Of a DNA stretch of 16,121 nt, positions 1 through 8,978 are shown one piece after another. The DNA is from Candidatus Oleincola secundus. Its GTDB lineage: Bacteria; Atribacterota; Phoenicimicrobiia; Phoenicimicrobiales; Stramentimicrobiaceae. The translations under genes were made by a program, and so were the position numbers. Location of the stretch: NCBI GenBank assembly GCA_018400815.1, contig JAGYLS010000041.1, positions 1 to 16,121 on the forward strand, read 5' to 3'. Every line of letters begins with the position of its first letter. Positions within the stretch are counted from its first letter, which is position 1. The notes under the pieces are model-generated. The model was not told the DNA's origin. It saw nothing but the letters and a program-made list of their open reading frames with translations, and searched no databases.

Positions 1-457
1 AGCTATGACCTAACAGCTCCATTTGTAAGCAAGCTTCTTCAGGAGACATTGGTTTGATAACAAATTTCTTTGTTTTAACAATTCTAACATCTTCATAATC
101 CTGGGCATCTATTTCATTTTCCCTGTTTTCGACAAGACTCGCTTCTTTCATCCTATTTTGTTCACCAAAAGATTTACTGTAAAGCTTTTCTTTGTATTTA
201 ATAATTTGCCTTTCCAGTTTTTCAACAACTCTATCAATCGAGGTATAGATACTGTCGCTTTCTTCCTCTGCTCTAATTATTGCCCTTTTTGCCTGAAGGG
301 TTACTTCAAATATTTGTCTATTCTTTTCTGCACTTACGGTAGCCGTTGCATCCATAATCTGGTCAAAATATTTGTCTAATTTTTCCATCTTCTTTCTGAT
401 ATAGCCTTCTACGGAATCTGTTACATCGATCCGCTTGCCTTTTATGATTAATTTCAT
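1..457 (-). CDS. hpf: Ribosome hibernation promoting factor, long form (HPF/YvyD/RaiA family); 3' end runs off the window
   Basis: Not in the ORF track; translated by hand from ATG at 457: MKLIIKGKRIDVTDSVEGYIRKKMEKLDKYF...IRAEEESDSIYTSIDRVVEKLERQIIKYKEK, later RIVKTKKFVIKPMSPEEACLQMELLGHS, which matches the C-terminal domain of long HPF. Strong RBS AGGAGGTG at 465-472 (minus). Confidence 0.95.
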   Translation of the reverse strand, partial: MKLIIKGKRIDVTDSVEGYIRKKMEKLDKYFDQIMDATATVSAEKNRQIFEVTLQAKRAIIRAEEESDSIYTSIDRVVEKLERQIIKYKEKLYSKSFGEQNRMKEASLVENRENEIDAQDYEDVRIVKTKKFVIKPMSPEEACLQMELLGHS

Positions 458-490
458 TTCTGAACACCTCCTATGGCTAATTCATTATAG

Positions 491-509
491 TCAGGGAAAA
501 TAACCCTGA
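491..509. other. Small hairpin TCAGGG-N7-CCCTGA just upstream of the hpf RBS
   Basis: Perfect 6-bp inverted repeat seen directly; function unknown. Confidence 0.4.
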
Positions 510-688
510 AACCCTTCTTTAATTAAATAACATTACCTTATTTATGTCTTTACTTTTCATACTTATTATAACCTACAAAGCCCTATCTAAAGCTATATTT
601 ATTATAATATATATAATAACACTGTTAGGTGTAATTTTTCCAATATATTCTTCAATAAATAATAGTTAATCAATTCTTTCCAGGATAT

Positions 689-711
689 TCAAGGGGAATT
701 CTTCCCCTTGA
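689..711. other. Hairpin TCAAGGGGAA-TTC-TTCCCCTTGA (possible terminator or repeat remnant)
   Basis: Perfect 10-bp stem with 3-nt loop; no immediate U-tract on either strand. Confidence 0.55.
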
Positions 712-856
712 GAACCCCTGAGATACTTTTTTGCTTAAGTTATAAAAATAATTAGAATGTATGCTCTATTTTAAAACCTAACTTAACATATCTTTGGGCC
801 TTATTTAATAAACTATTAGCTTATAGTATCGAATTAATCAAAATTCTGATACGATA

Positions 857-988
857 AGCAATATTGCTTCTATTATAGGATTATAGGTAAAAATTATTTC
901 AGTTAGCTCACCTATATCTTTATGGTAAAACCAATTTATTTAACCATTACCACCTTCAAAGAAGGTGGTTTTTTATGGTTAAATAAAA
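857..988. repeat. Palindromic intergenic repeat, copy 1
   Basis: Outer stem TTTATTTAACCAT (935-947) / ATGGTTAAATAAA (975-987); inner stem ACCACCTTC-AAA-GAAGGTGGT (949-969). 921-988 is nearly identical to 8901-8966; weaker similarity extends back to about 857 versus 8836. Confidence 0.9.
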
Positions 989-996
989 GTAGACAT

Positions 997-2037
997 TTAC
1001 TGACTTTCTTCAAAAGAAGCGACTATATCATCCAAGTTACCATCAAGCATCTCTTCCAGATTATGAAAATTTTTGTTAATCCGATGGTCTGTAACGCGGT
1101 TTTGGGGGAAGTTATAAGTTCTGATTCGTTCACTGCGATCACCTGTACCTACTTGCTTTTTCCTTTGTTTGTCAATTTTTTGATTTTGCTCTCTCTGTAA
1201 TCGATCAAGCAAACGTGCCCTCAATACTTTTAAAGCTTTATCTTTATTTTTATGTTGTGATTTCTCGTCCTGGCATGTTACCACAATACCTGTTGGTAAA
1301 TGGGTTACCCTTACCGCAGAGTCTGTAGTGTTTACGCTTTGACCTCCGGGTCCGGTTGAGCGAAAACGATCTATTTTTATATCATTAGAATTAATTTCCA
1401 TTTCGATTTCTTCGGCTTCCGGAAGAATAGCAACAGTAACTGTAGAAGTATGAATCCTACCCCCTGATTCAGTTACAGGGATCCGTTGAACCCGATGAAC
1501 GCCACTTTCTTGTTTTAATGTTCCAAAAACATTTTGCCCTGAAATACCAAAAATTATTTCTTTGAATCCTCCAATTTCAGTAATATTAGAGTTTATAATT
1601 TCAACTTTCCAATGGTTCCTCTCCGCAAAACGAGAATACATACGAAACATATCGCCTACGAAGAGAGCTGCTTCGTCTCCTCCGGCTCCTGCTCTTATCT
1701 CTACAATTATATCTTTCTTATTTCGGGGGTCTTCAGGGTATAGTAATTCATTTAATTCTTTTTTAATCTTTTCTCTCTGCGGGGTGAGTGAGTTAATTTC
1801 TTCCTCAATCATTTCTGTCATTTCAGAATTATTTTCACCCTTTTTTAATTGGCTGCTCTCTTCAATTTCTTTTTCTATGTCTTTATATTTATGATAGAGC
1901 TGTACAGTTTTAGCAATTTCGCTGTGCCTCTTTGCTAATTTTTGAAATCTTTCCTGGTCAGCAATAACTTTCGGATTTGAAAGCTGTTGATTTAAATCTT
2001 GATATTCTTTTTCTATTTCTTCTAATTCTTTAAACAT
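997..2037 (-). CDS. prfA: Peptide chain release factor 1
   Basis: EIRAGAGGDEA, ESGVHRVQRIPVTESGGRIHTST (PxT motif specific to RF1), GPGGQSVN (GGQ), GDRSERIRTYNFPQNRVTDHRI. Start moved from 2091 to ATG 2037 (MFKELEEIEKEY) to fit a typical RF1 N-terminus; the RBS is weak, so the start is uncertain. Confidence 0.97.
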   Translation of the reverse strand: MFKELEEIEKEYQDLNQQLSNPKVIADQERFQKLAKRHSEIAKTVQLYHKYKDIEKEIEESSQLKKGENNSEMTEMIEEEINSLTPQREKIKKELNELLYPEDPRNKKDIIVEIRAGAGGDEAALFVGDMFRMYSRFAERNHWKVEIINSNITEIGGFKEIIFGISGQNVFGTLKQESGVHRVQRIPVTESGGRIHTSTVTVAILPEAEEIEMEINSNDIKIDRFRSTGPGGQSVNTTDSAVRVTHLPTGIVVTCQDEKSQHKNKDKALKVLRARLLDRLQREQNQKIDKQRKKQVGTGDRSERIRTYNFPQNRVTDHRINKNFHNLEEMLDGNLDDIVASFEESQ

Positions 2038-2143
2038 ATTTTTTACTACTTTCTCGTTCTCTATAAAAATCTTCAGGTGATACTGATACATTTAGGTCGT
2101 CACTTGTGTTATTCTTATCTTTAACTTTAACTAGCAGTGTCTT

Positions 2144-2830
2144 TTATTTATTTAATGGATTATTTTTCCTCCAGGGATGACCACAGGACATTTCTCCTTC
2201 AGGGCATGGACCTATTACACAAGGAGGTCCGGCATCTTTAAAAATAGTAGGGGCTTCTTTTTTTACCAACCGTAACATCTCAATCGCTAATTCTCTTATT
2301 TCCCACTGTGCCCTGTTACAGCATCTTAATCTAAAAAAATGATTCAATTCTCTTGCATTAGCGGTAAAAATAATACTGGTGCTAATTGCTTGTGGTAAAA
2401 TATATCGTGCATCTTCAGCAGGAATACCTTTTTCCAGCATTTCCTGATATAAATTATAGCTTTTAGTGGTAAGGTTTTTAAATTTTAGTATAAGACTTTT
2501 ATCATCTTGTATTTTTTTCGGTATAACGTATTGCTGCTCCTTACCAACTTTAACATATCTCTGACTTCTCTGTGAAAAAGAAGCTATGCGGTGTCGGACT
2601 AGTTGATGTGAGCAAGTCCTGGAAATATTTTCTATGCCAAAAGTAAAACATATATGTTCCAAAACGGAATAATGACCTAACTTCATAATTTTTTCAATTA
2701 ATTTAGTCTGCTTATCCATATCAAAGGACTCTGCTATTTCTTGTATACTCTTTGAAGAGTAACATAGCCTTGCTGATTGAGCTACCGTTTTTTCAGGATT
2801 TTTAGAAAAGTTTATAAGCCGTACTTTCAT
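2144..2830 (-). CDS. thyX: FAD-dependent thymidylate synthase ThyX
   Basis: GHYSVLEH, ThyX signature SHQLVRHRIASFSQRSQRY, EDARYILP, LRCCNRAQWEIR. Confidence 0.96.
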   Translation of the reverse strand: MKVRLINFSKNPEKTVAQSARLCYSSKSIQEIAESFDMDKQTKLIEKIMKLGHYSVLEHICFTFGIENISRTCSHQLVRHRIASFSQRSQRYVKVGKEQQYVIPKKIQDDKSLILKFKNLTTKSYNLYQEMLEKGIPAEDARYILPQAISTSIIFTANARELNHFFRLRCCNRAQWEIRELAIEMLRLVKKEAPTIFKDAGPPCVIGPCPEGEMSCGHPWRKNNPLNK

Positions 2831-2854
2831 ATTTATTCGAATTCCTTGTTTTTT

Positions 2855-3448
2855 CTAAATTATGTCTTTCTTTTTATTTGTAACTTGATGATGCTGTCGG
2901 CATCTTGCTTCATAGCTTTCCTTGGCACCAATAAGTATAGTTGGGTCATTATAATCTGCCGGTTTACCGTTCACTAACCGCTGGGTACGCGTAGCAGGTT
3001 TCCCACATACCATACATATTGCATGAAGTTTATCTACATATTCGGCAATTGCAAGCAACTTTGGCATAGGACCAAAAGGGTCACCTCGAAAATCCTGGTC
3101 AAGGCCGGCAATAATAACTCGCTTTCCCCTATCGGCCAACAACTGACAAACTTGAATGATTCCTTCATCAAAAAATTGTGCTTCATCAATCGCAATCACA
3201 TCACTATCCTGGTTTATTTTTTTTAGGATTTCTTTAGAATTTTCAATACAATTAGCCTCGACTTTGCTACCATTGTGAGAGTAGATATACTGGACATGAT
3301 AGCGGTTATCAATTATTGGTTTAAATATTTCTACCTTTTTCCGGGCAATCTGGACACGCCTGACCCTTCTTATTAGTTCTTCACTTTTTCCGCTGAACAT
3401 GCTCCCACAGATTACTTCAATACTTCCACCTTCACAGGTTTCATGCAT
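2855..3448 (-). CDS. tdk: Thymidine kinase (TK1-like)
   Basis: [12 protein letters not shown]-loop, [25 protein letters not shown]...YEARCRQH zinc site. Start set at ATG 3448, 8 nt from GGAGG (3457-3461), rather than 3466. Confidence 0.97.
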   Translation of the reverse strand: MHETCEGGSIEVICGSMFSGKSEELIRRVRRVQIARKKVEIFKPIIDNRYHVQYIYSHNGSKVEANCIENSKEILKKINQDSDVIAIDEAQFFDEGIIQVCQLLADRGKRVIIAGLDQDFRGDPFGPMPKLLAIAEYVDKLHAICMVCGKPATRTQRLVNGKPADYNDPTILIGAKESYEARCRQHHQVTNKKKDII

Positions 3449-3486
3449 CTTGATTTCCTCCATCAATGTCTACTCTTAGCAAGTTT

Positions 3487-3550
3487 GTTAAAATCATTTT
3501 ATTTAACCATTACCACTTTTAAAGAAGTGATTTTTATTGTTAAATAAAAA
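3487..3550. repeat. Palindromic intergenic repeat, degenerate copy 3
   Basis: TTTTATTTAACCATTACCACTTTTAAAGAAGTGATTTTTATTGTTAAATAAAAA aligns with the copies at 935-988 and 8914-8966 with several substitutions that weaken both stems. Confidence 0.8.
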
Positions 3551-3577
3551 ACAGAGCTTTTGCCCTGTTTTTATTTA
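3541..3577 (-). terminator. Intrinsic terminator downstream of rpmE
   Basis: Minus strand reads AAAAA-CAGGGC-AAAA-GCTCTG-TTTTTTATTTA: a 6-bp stem with one G-U pair followed by a U-tract. The opposite side also has a T-tract, so it may be bidirectional. Confidence 0.8.
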
Positions 3578-3626
3578 TTCTAAATATGTATTTCAAAAAT
3601 TGTTCATTATTAATTTAACCCTTATC

Positions 3627-3872
3627 TTATTCCTCTTTTTGATTCTTTTCGTCATCTGCCTCATCGGACTCCTGCTCGAGGTTGTATCTTCGGTTAAATT
3701 TTTCCACTCTCCCTGCAGAATCAAATATTTTTTGTTTCCCGGTAAAAAATGGATGGCAGGCAGAACAAACTTCTACATGAATTTCCTTTTTTGTTGAACG
3801 TGTCTCAAAAGTATTTCCACATGCGCAGATTACTGTTGCTTTATCGTATTTAGGATGAATTCCTTTTTTCAT
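3627..3872 (-). CDS. rpmE: 50S ribosomal protein L31, Zn-binding (C+) type
   Basis: MKKGIHPKY...CACG...[14 protein letters not shown]...[21 protein letters not shown] at 3878-3885; directly downstream of rho. Confidence 0.98.
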   Translation of the reverse strand: MKKGIHPKYDKATVICACGNTFETRSTKKEIHVEVCSACHPFFTGKQKIFDSAGRVEKFNRRYNLEQESDEADDEKNQKEE

Positions 3873-3918
3873 ATTTTCTCACCTTCATTCTTAATTAATG
3901 CCCTAAAATTTCGAAAAA

Positions 3919-3947
3919 ATTATATCACAACTGACTCTAACCGTCAA
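3919..3947 (-). promoter_or_regulatory. Sigma70/SigA promoter for rpmE
   Basis: Minus strand TTGACG (3947-3942), 17-nt spacer, TATAAT (3924-3919), with extended -10 TGTGATATAAT. Confidence 0.85.
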
Positions 3948-3958
3948 AGACAATTTTT

Positions 3959-5218
3959 TTATCTATTGTTATTCTCTTCCTTGATGGTGTTTAGAAAATC
4001 AATATTACTTTTAGTCTTTTTTAGCTTATTCAGCAGTAAGCTTATTGCATCAATGGTACTTTGGTTGGATAAAGCACGTCTCATTAACCAAGTTTTACTC
4101 AATTTTTCAGCATCTAACAATAACTCTTCTTTTCTAGTACCTGAACGTTTGATGTCAATTGCCGGAAAAATCCTACTGTCAGAGATCTCACGATCAAGAC
4201 GTAACTCCATATTCCCTGTTCCTTTAAATTCTTCAAAAATAACATCATCCATACGACTGCCGGTTTCAACAAGTGCAGTAGCAAGTATAGTCAAGCTACC
4301 ACCTTCTTCAATATTTCTTGCAGCTCCAAAGAAACGCTTGGGATAATAGAGTGCAGTGGAATCTAATCCTCCTGATAATGTTTTACCACTGGTTGGTATG
4401 TTAAGATTATAGGCTCTAGCCAACCTGGTAATACTATCCAGCAAAATCACTACATCATGCTTCAGCTCAACCAGTCTCTTGGCCCTCTCCAGTACGATCT
4501 CGGCAACTTTAATATGATGATTAATCGGTTGGTCAAAAGTAGAACTGATAACTTCAGCATTGTTAACAGAACGTCTCATACCGGTAACTTCTTCTGGCCT
4601 TTCATCTATTAGCAATATCATTAGGGTAACTTCCGGATGGTTTGAAGTAATTCCATTGGCTATTTTCTCTAATAATATTGTTTTACCTGCCTTTGGTGGT
4701 GATACAATAAGACCTCTTTGTCCTTTTCCAATAGGAGAAAACAAATCAATCACCCTGGTAGATAATTCATATGGTTTGGTTTCCAATGAAAATTTCTCAA
4801 CAGGGAAAAGTGGTGTCAGGTTTTCGAAATCAATCCGATCTTTAGAAAGCTCGGGGTCCTCGTGGTTTACTGCTTCAACTTTTAGTAAGGCAAAGTAACG
4901 CTCTCCCTCTTTGGGATAGCGGACTTGTCCGGAAACCACATCACCATTGCTTAAATTAAATCTTTTAATTTGTGATGGTGAAATATAGATATCATTAGTA
5001 CTGGGCAAGTATCCTCCTGTACGAAGAAAGCCAAATCCCTCTTTCATAATATCCAATATTCCCTCAGAAAACATATATCCCTTCTTCTCAGTCTGTGCCT
5101 TTAGAATGTTAAAAATTAAGTCAGTTTTTTTCATGCGGGCACAATTATTAATCTCATATCCATTAGCAATTTTACATAATTCGCTAATTTTCATTTCTTT
5201 TAATTCATTTAGTTCCAA
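3959..5218 (-). CDS. rho: Transcription termination factor Rho
   Basis: GFGFLR and [12 protein letters not shown]-binding motifs, PPKAGKT P-loop, [38 protein letters not shown] start with GAGGGG RBS at about 5227-5232. Confidence 0.98.
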   Translation of the reverse strand: MELNELKEMKISELCKIANGYEINNCARMKKTDLIFNILKAQTEKKGYMFSEGILDIMKEGFGFLRTGGYLPSTNDIYISPSQIKRFNLSNGDVVSGQVRYPKEGERYFALLKVEAVNHEDPELSKDRIDFENLTPLFPVEKFSLETKPYELSTRVIDLFSPIGKGQRGLIVSPPKAGKTILLEKIANGITSNHPEVTLMILLIDERPEEVTGMRRSVNNAEVISSTFDQPINHHIKVAEIVLERAKRLVELKHDVVILLDSITRLARAYNLNIPTSGKTLSGGLDSTALYYPKRFFGAARNIEEGGSLTILATALVETGSRMDDVIFEEFKGTGNMELRLDREISDSRIFPAIDIKRSGTRKEELLLDAEKLSKTWLMRRALSNQSTIDAISLLLNKLKKTKSNIDFLNTIKEENNNR

Positions 5219-5536
5219 AATTAAAACCCCCTCGAGCTTTTGGTAATTTATAATGTCAAAAAAATAATGTAGTTATATTATCTTTCTATTATTTCTTGTT
5301 TTTTATTCTTATATAATAATCTTCTTAGTAATTTTATGAATATTTATTCATTCTTATGGGAAAAAACCTTTTACCACCAAATTTTATTTAATATTCAGGT
5401 GCCACAAGATAAACAATGAAAGTACTCCTTATTAATCCAGTAACCTTTAAATATTAACAAACAAAATATTACCTGTTAAAGAAATATAGTGGGACAAAAT
5501 TCATGAAGAATAACCCTGGAGTTATTATTATATTTA

Positions 5537-5564
5537 ATTATATCACTTCCTTTAAAAAAGACAA
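5537..5564 (-). promoter_or_regulatory. Candidate sigma70/SigA promoter for rho
   Basis: Minus strand TTGTCT (5564-5559), 16-nt spacer, extended -10 TGATATAAT (TATAAT at 5542-5537). Confidence 0.6.
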
Positions 5565-5641
5565 TAGGCTCTCGTATATTTTTTTATACTTCATATAAGC
5601 ATATAATTAATTCTTATATGTTATATTTCGATTTTATAAAT

Positions 5642-6403
5642 TTATGAATTTTTTGATTTATTCAATACTTGCAAAATTAACTCATAATCACTTAATTTAT
5701 CCAAATCAATCATCATTTCCGGATCACTCACCATAATACCCTTTACCGGGTAGCCAACTAGTTTAGCAGCTCTATCTTCAATTTCTTTTATAGTAAGACA
5801 CTTAAATAAATATTTTACAATAAATTTTAAACCTAACAAGGTAGCATATTTTTTGACATCTTTACGTTTTTGAAAAACTTCATCCAACAGTGATTTATTC
5901 TGATTAAACAACGAGCTGGATAATATAACCATATTCCCGCCACAAAAAGCACCTTCTTTCAAACTAGCATAAGACCGAATTGTATTGGGATATCTTTTCA
6001 GGATAATTTCTTTTGAAATATAGGGATAATATAAAAAAGCTTCGTGTTCCTGGCATTTTATAATAAAATCATCAATCATTTTCCCGGTAACCAGGGGTAC
6101 ATCTGAAGTCAAAACCATAATTCTTCGATTATTCTCCATATAATCAATGCCAATTTTTATATTTTCGACAATCGAATCAGTTGAATCGATTATTTTACTT
6201 ACTTTTCCACCAATATGGGGCATCAATTCAAACTGCGGACCAACCACAACAATGTTTTCTATTTCCCTTGCCTGATTCAATGCATCAACTACATATTCAA
6301 TCATAGGGACATGATTAATCATCAATAAAGCTTTGTTGCTTAATTTATGATGATTTTCCAATGAGTTAGTATCTTTGCCGCCTGCCAGAATCAAAGCATC
6401 CAT
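5642..6403 (-). CDS. MobA-like nucleotidyltransferase (GT-A/NTP transferase fold), substrate unknown
   Basis: MDALILAGG...NKALLMIN..PMIEYVVDAL, LTSDVPLV and C-terminal IDLDKLSD motifs; GGAGA RBS; 24 nt downstream of pyrG. Confidence 0.85.
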   Translation of the reverse strand: MDALILAGGKDTNSLENHHKLSNKALLMINHVPMIEYVVDALNQAREIENIVVVGPQFELMPHIGGKVSKIIDSTDSIVENIKIGIDYMENNRRIMVLTSDVPLVTGKMIDDFIIKCQEHEAFLYYPYISKEIILKRYPNTIRSYASLKEGAFCGGNMVILSSSLFNQNKSLLDEVFQKRKDVKKYATLLGLKFIVKYLFKCLTIKEIEDRAAKLVGYPVKGIMVSDPEMMIDLDKLSDYELILQVLNKSKNS

Positions 6404-6427
6404 CTATTTCTCCAATAATAGTCTTTC

Positions 6428-8065
<1,638 letters not shown>

Positions 8066-8086
8066 TCATATTGTGCCAAATAAATA

Positions 8087-8629
8087 CAATTTACCAATTG
8101 GCCAGTTTACCAGTTTACCAATTATTCTTGGTCTGCCAGTCAAAACGTATCGAGCCTAAAGACAATCCCCAATCACTAATCTCCAGTCTCCAATCGAGGT
8201 ATTTAACCAATTAAGACCAGTTTTCAGTTCTTAGTTCAATACAAAATATACTTTACCTATTTAGCAAATAATTCGTATTACGTCCAATATCAGTATCGAG
8301 TATGTAGTATCGAGTCCTAAATACAGTAATAAGTGAATAGTAATGAGTAATCAGTAAGAAAATAATATCCGAGCTACCAATTATAACAGCATAACAATAA
8401 AAACAAAAAATTTGAAATCTTATCTGGATCTAAAAACTAAAAACCATAAACTAGAAACTAGAAACAGTTTTTCAATTGACTAGATACTAAATACCAACAA
8501 ACAACGAACGTATTATTATTTCCAATTCTTCCATTTTTAAATCATTACATTTATGCATACATTTTTTACTGTAGCATTTCACGGTATACTCTGTCTTAAC
8601 TCGATACTCGATACTACATACACGATACT
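8087..8629. repeat. Cluster of short tandem repeat arrays (one 8-bp period, the rest 7-bp period, each with a different unit)
   Basis: CARTTTAC-type octamer 8087-8123; CAATCHC-type 8163-8195; CAGTTYT-type 8218-8238; AGTATCG-type 8292-8315; NAGTAAT-type 8324-8358; CTARAAA-type 8430-8465; ACTARAT and CAACRAA 8479-8510; ACTCGAT-type 8599-8629. Confidence 0.9.
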
Positions 8630-8725
8630 TTTGTTAGATACGCTACTAATTAATAAATACTTTCATATTATAATAGGAAATAGAAAAAAAGATAAGGCTT
8701 TAGATAAAATTTTTTTGATTTTCAG

Positions 8726-8776
8726 TAAATATCGCACCCGCTCAGCGGGTGGCTTTAAGAACCTCTAAAAGAGGTT
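8726..8776 (-). mobile_element. Tandem hairpins resembling an IS200-family right end (no transposase present)
   Basis: Minus strand AACCTCT-TTT-AGAGGTT-CTTAAAGC-CACCCGC-TGA-GCGGGTG-CGATATTTA. The hairpins are seen directly. The resemblance to the IS200 3' terminus (subterminal hairpin then GATATTTA) is recalled and not verified by search. Confidence 0.5.
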
Positions 8777-8835
8777 TAACCTTTTAGCTCTTTTTCATTC
8801 GATTTTTTACTTAACCTTTAGCCATAATATTTCTT

Positions 8836-8966
8836 AGCAATGGTACTTCCAACTTTGGACTTCAGGTGAAAAATTGTCATCTAGCTTATCTTAATCTTTT
8901 TATGGTAAAACCATTTATTTAACCATTACCACCTTCTTAGAAGGTGGTTTTTATGGTTAAATAAAA
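8836..8966. repeat. Palindromic intergenic repeat, copy 2
   Basis: Outer stem 8914-8926 / 8953-8965; inner stem ACCACCTTC-TTA-GAAGGTGGT at 8928-8948; 8901-8966 is nearly identical to 921-988. Confidence 0.9.
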
Positions 8967-8978
8967 ATATTAAATAAA

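Noticed and set aside
480..660. hpf promoter
   Set aside because: Several minus-strand TATAAT hexamers (484-489, 565-570, 601-606), but none has a convincing -35 or TG extension in this very AT-rich stretch.
922..1200. 92-aa plus-strand ORF starting inside the palindromic repeat
   Set aside because: Mostly antisense to prfA, and the equivalent frame in repeat copy 2 stops after six codons (ATG GTA AAA CCA TTT ATT TAA), so it is not a conserved element-encoded peptide.
2038..2091. Longer N-termini given by the ORF track for prfA (and likewise tdk, the gamma-CA gene and uvrC)
   Set aside because: Downstream ATGs fit family N-termini better and, except for prfA, have well-spaced RBSs.
8087..8629. 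Possible CRISPR array
   Set aside because: No constant 23-47 bp repeat with regular spacers, the blocks differ in sequence, and there are no cas genes in the window.
8553..8768. 71-aa plus-strand ORF in the intergenic region
   Set aside because: No RBS, partly translated from the heptamer array and hairpins, and no resemblance to a transposase or other family I recognise.
8726..8830. Possible riboswitch or pyrimidine attenuator upstream of pyrG
   Set aside because: The hairpins match no aptamer or PyrR-loop consensus I recognise, lie about 680 nt from pyrG, and fit an IS200-like end better. An Rfam scan would settle it.
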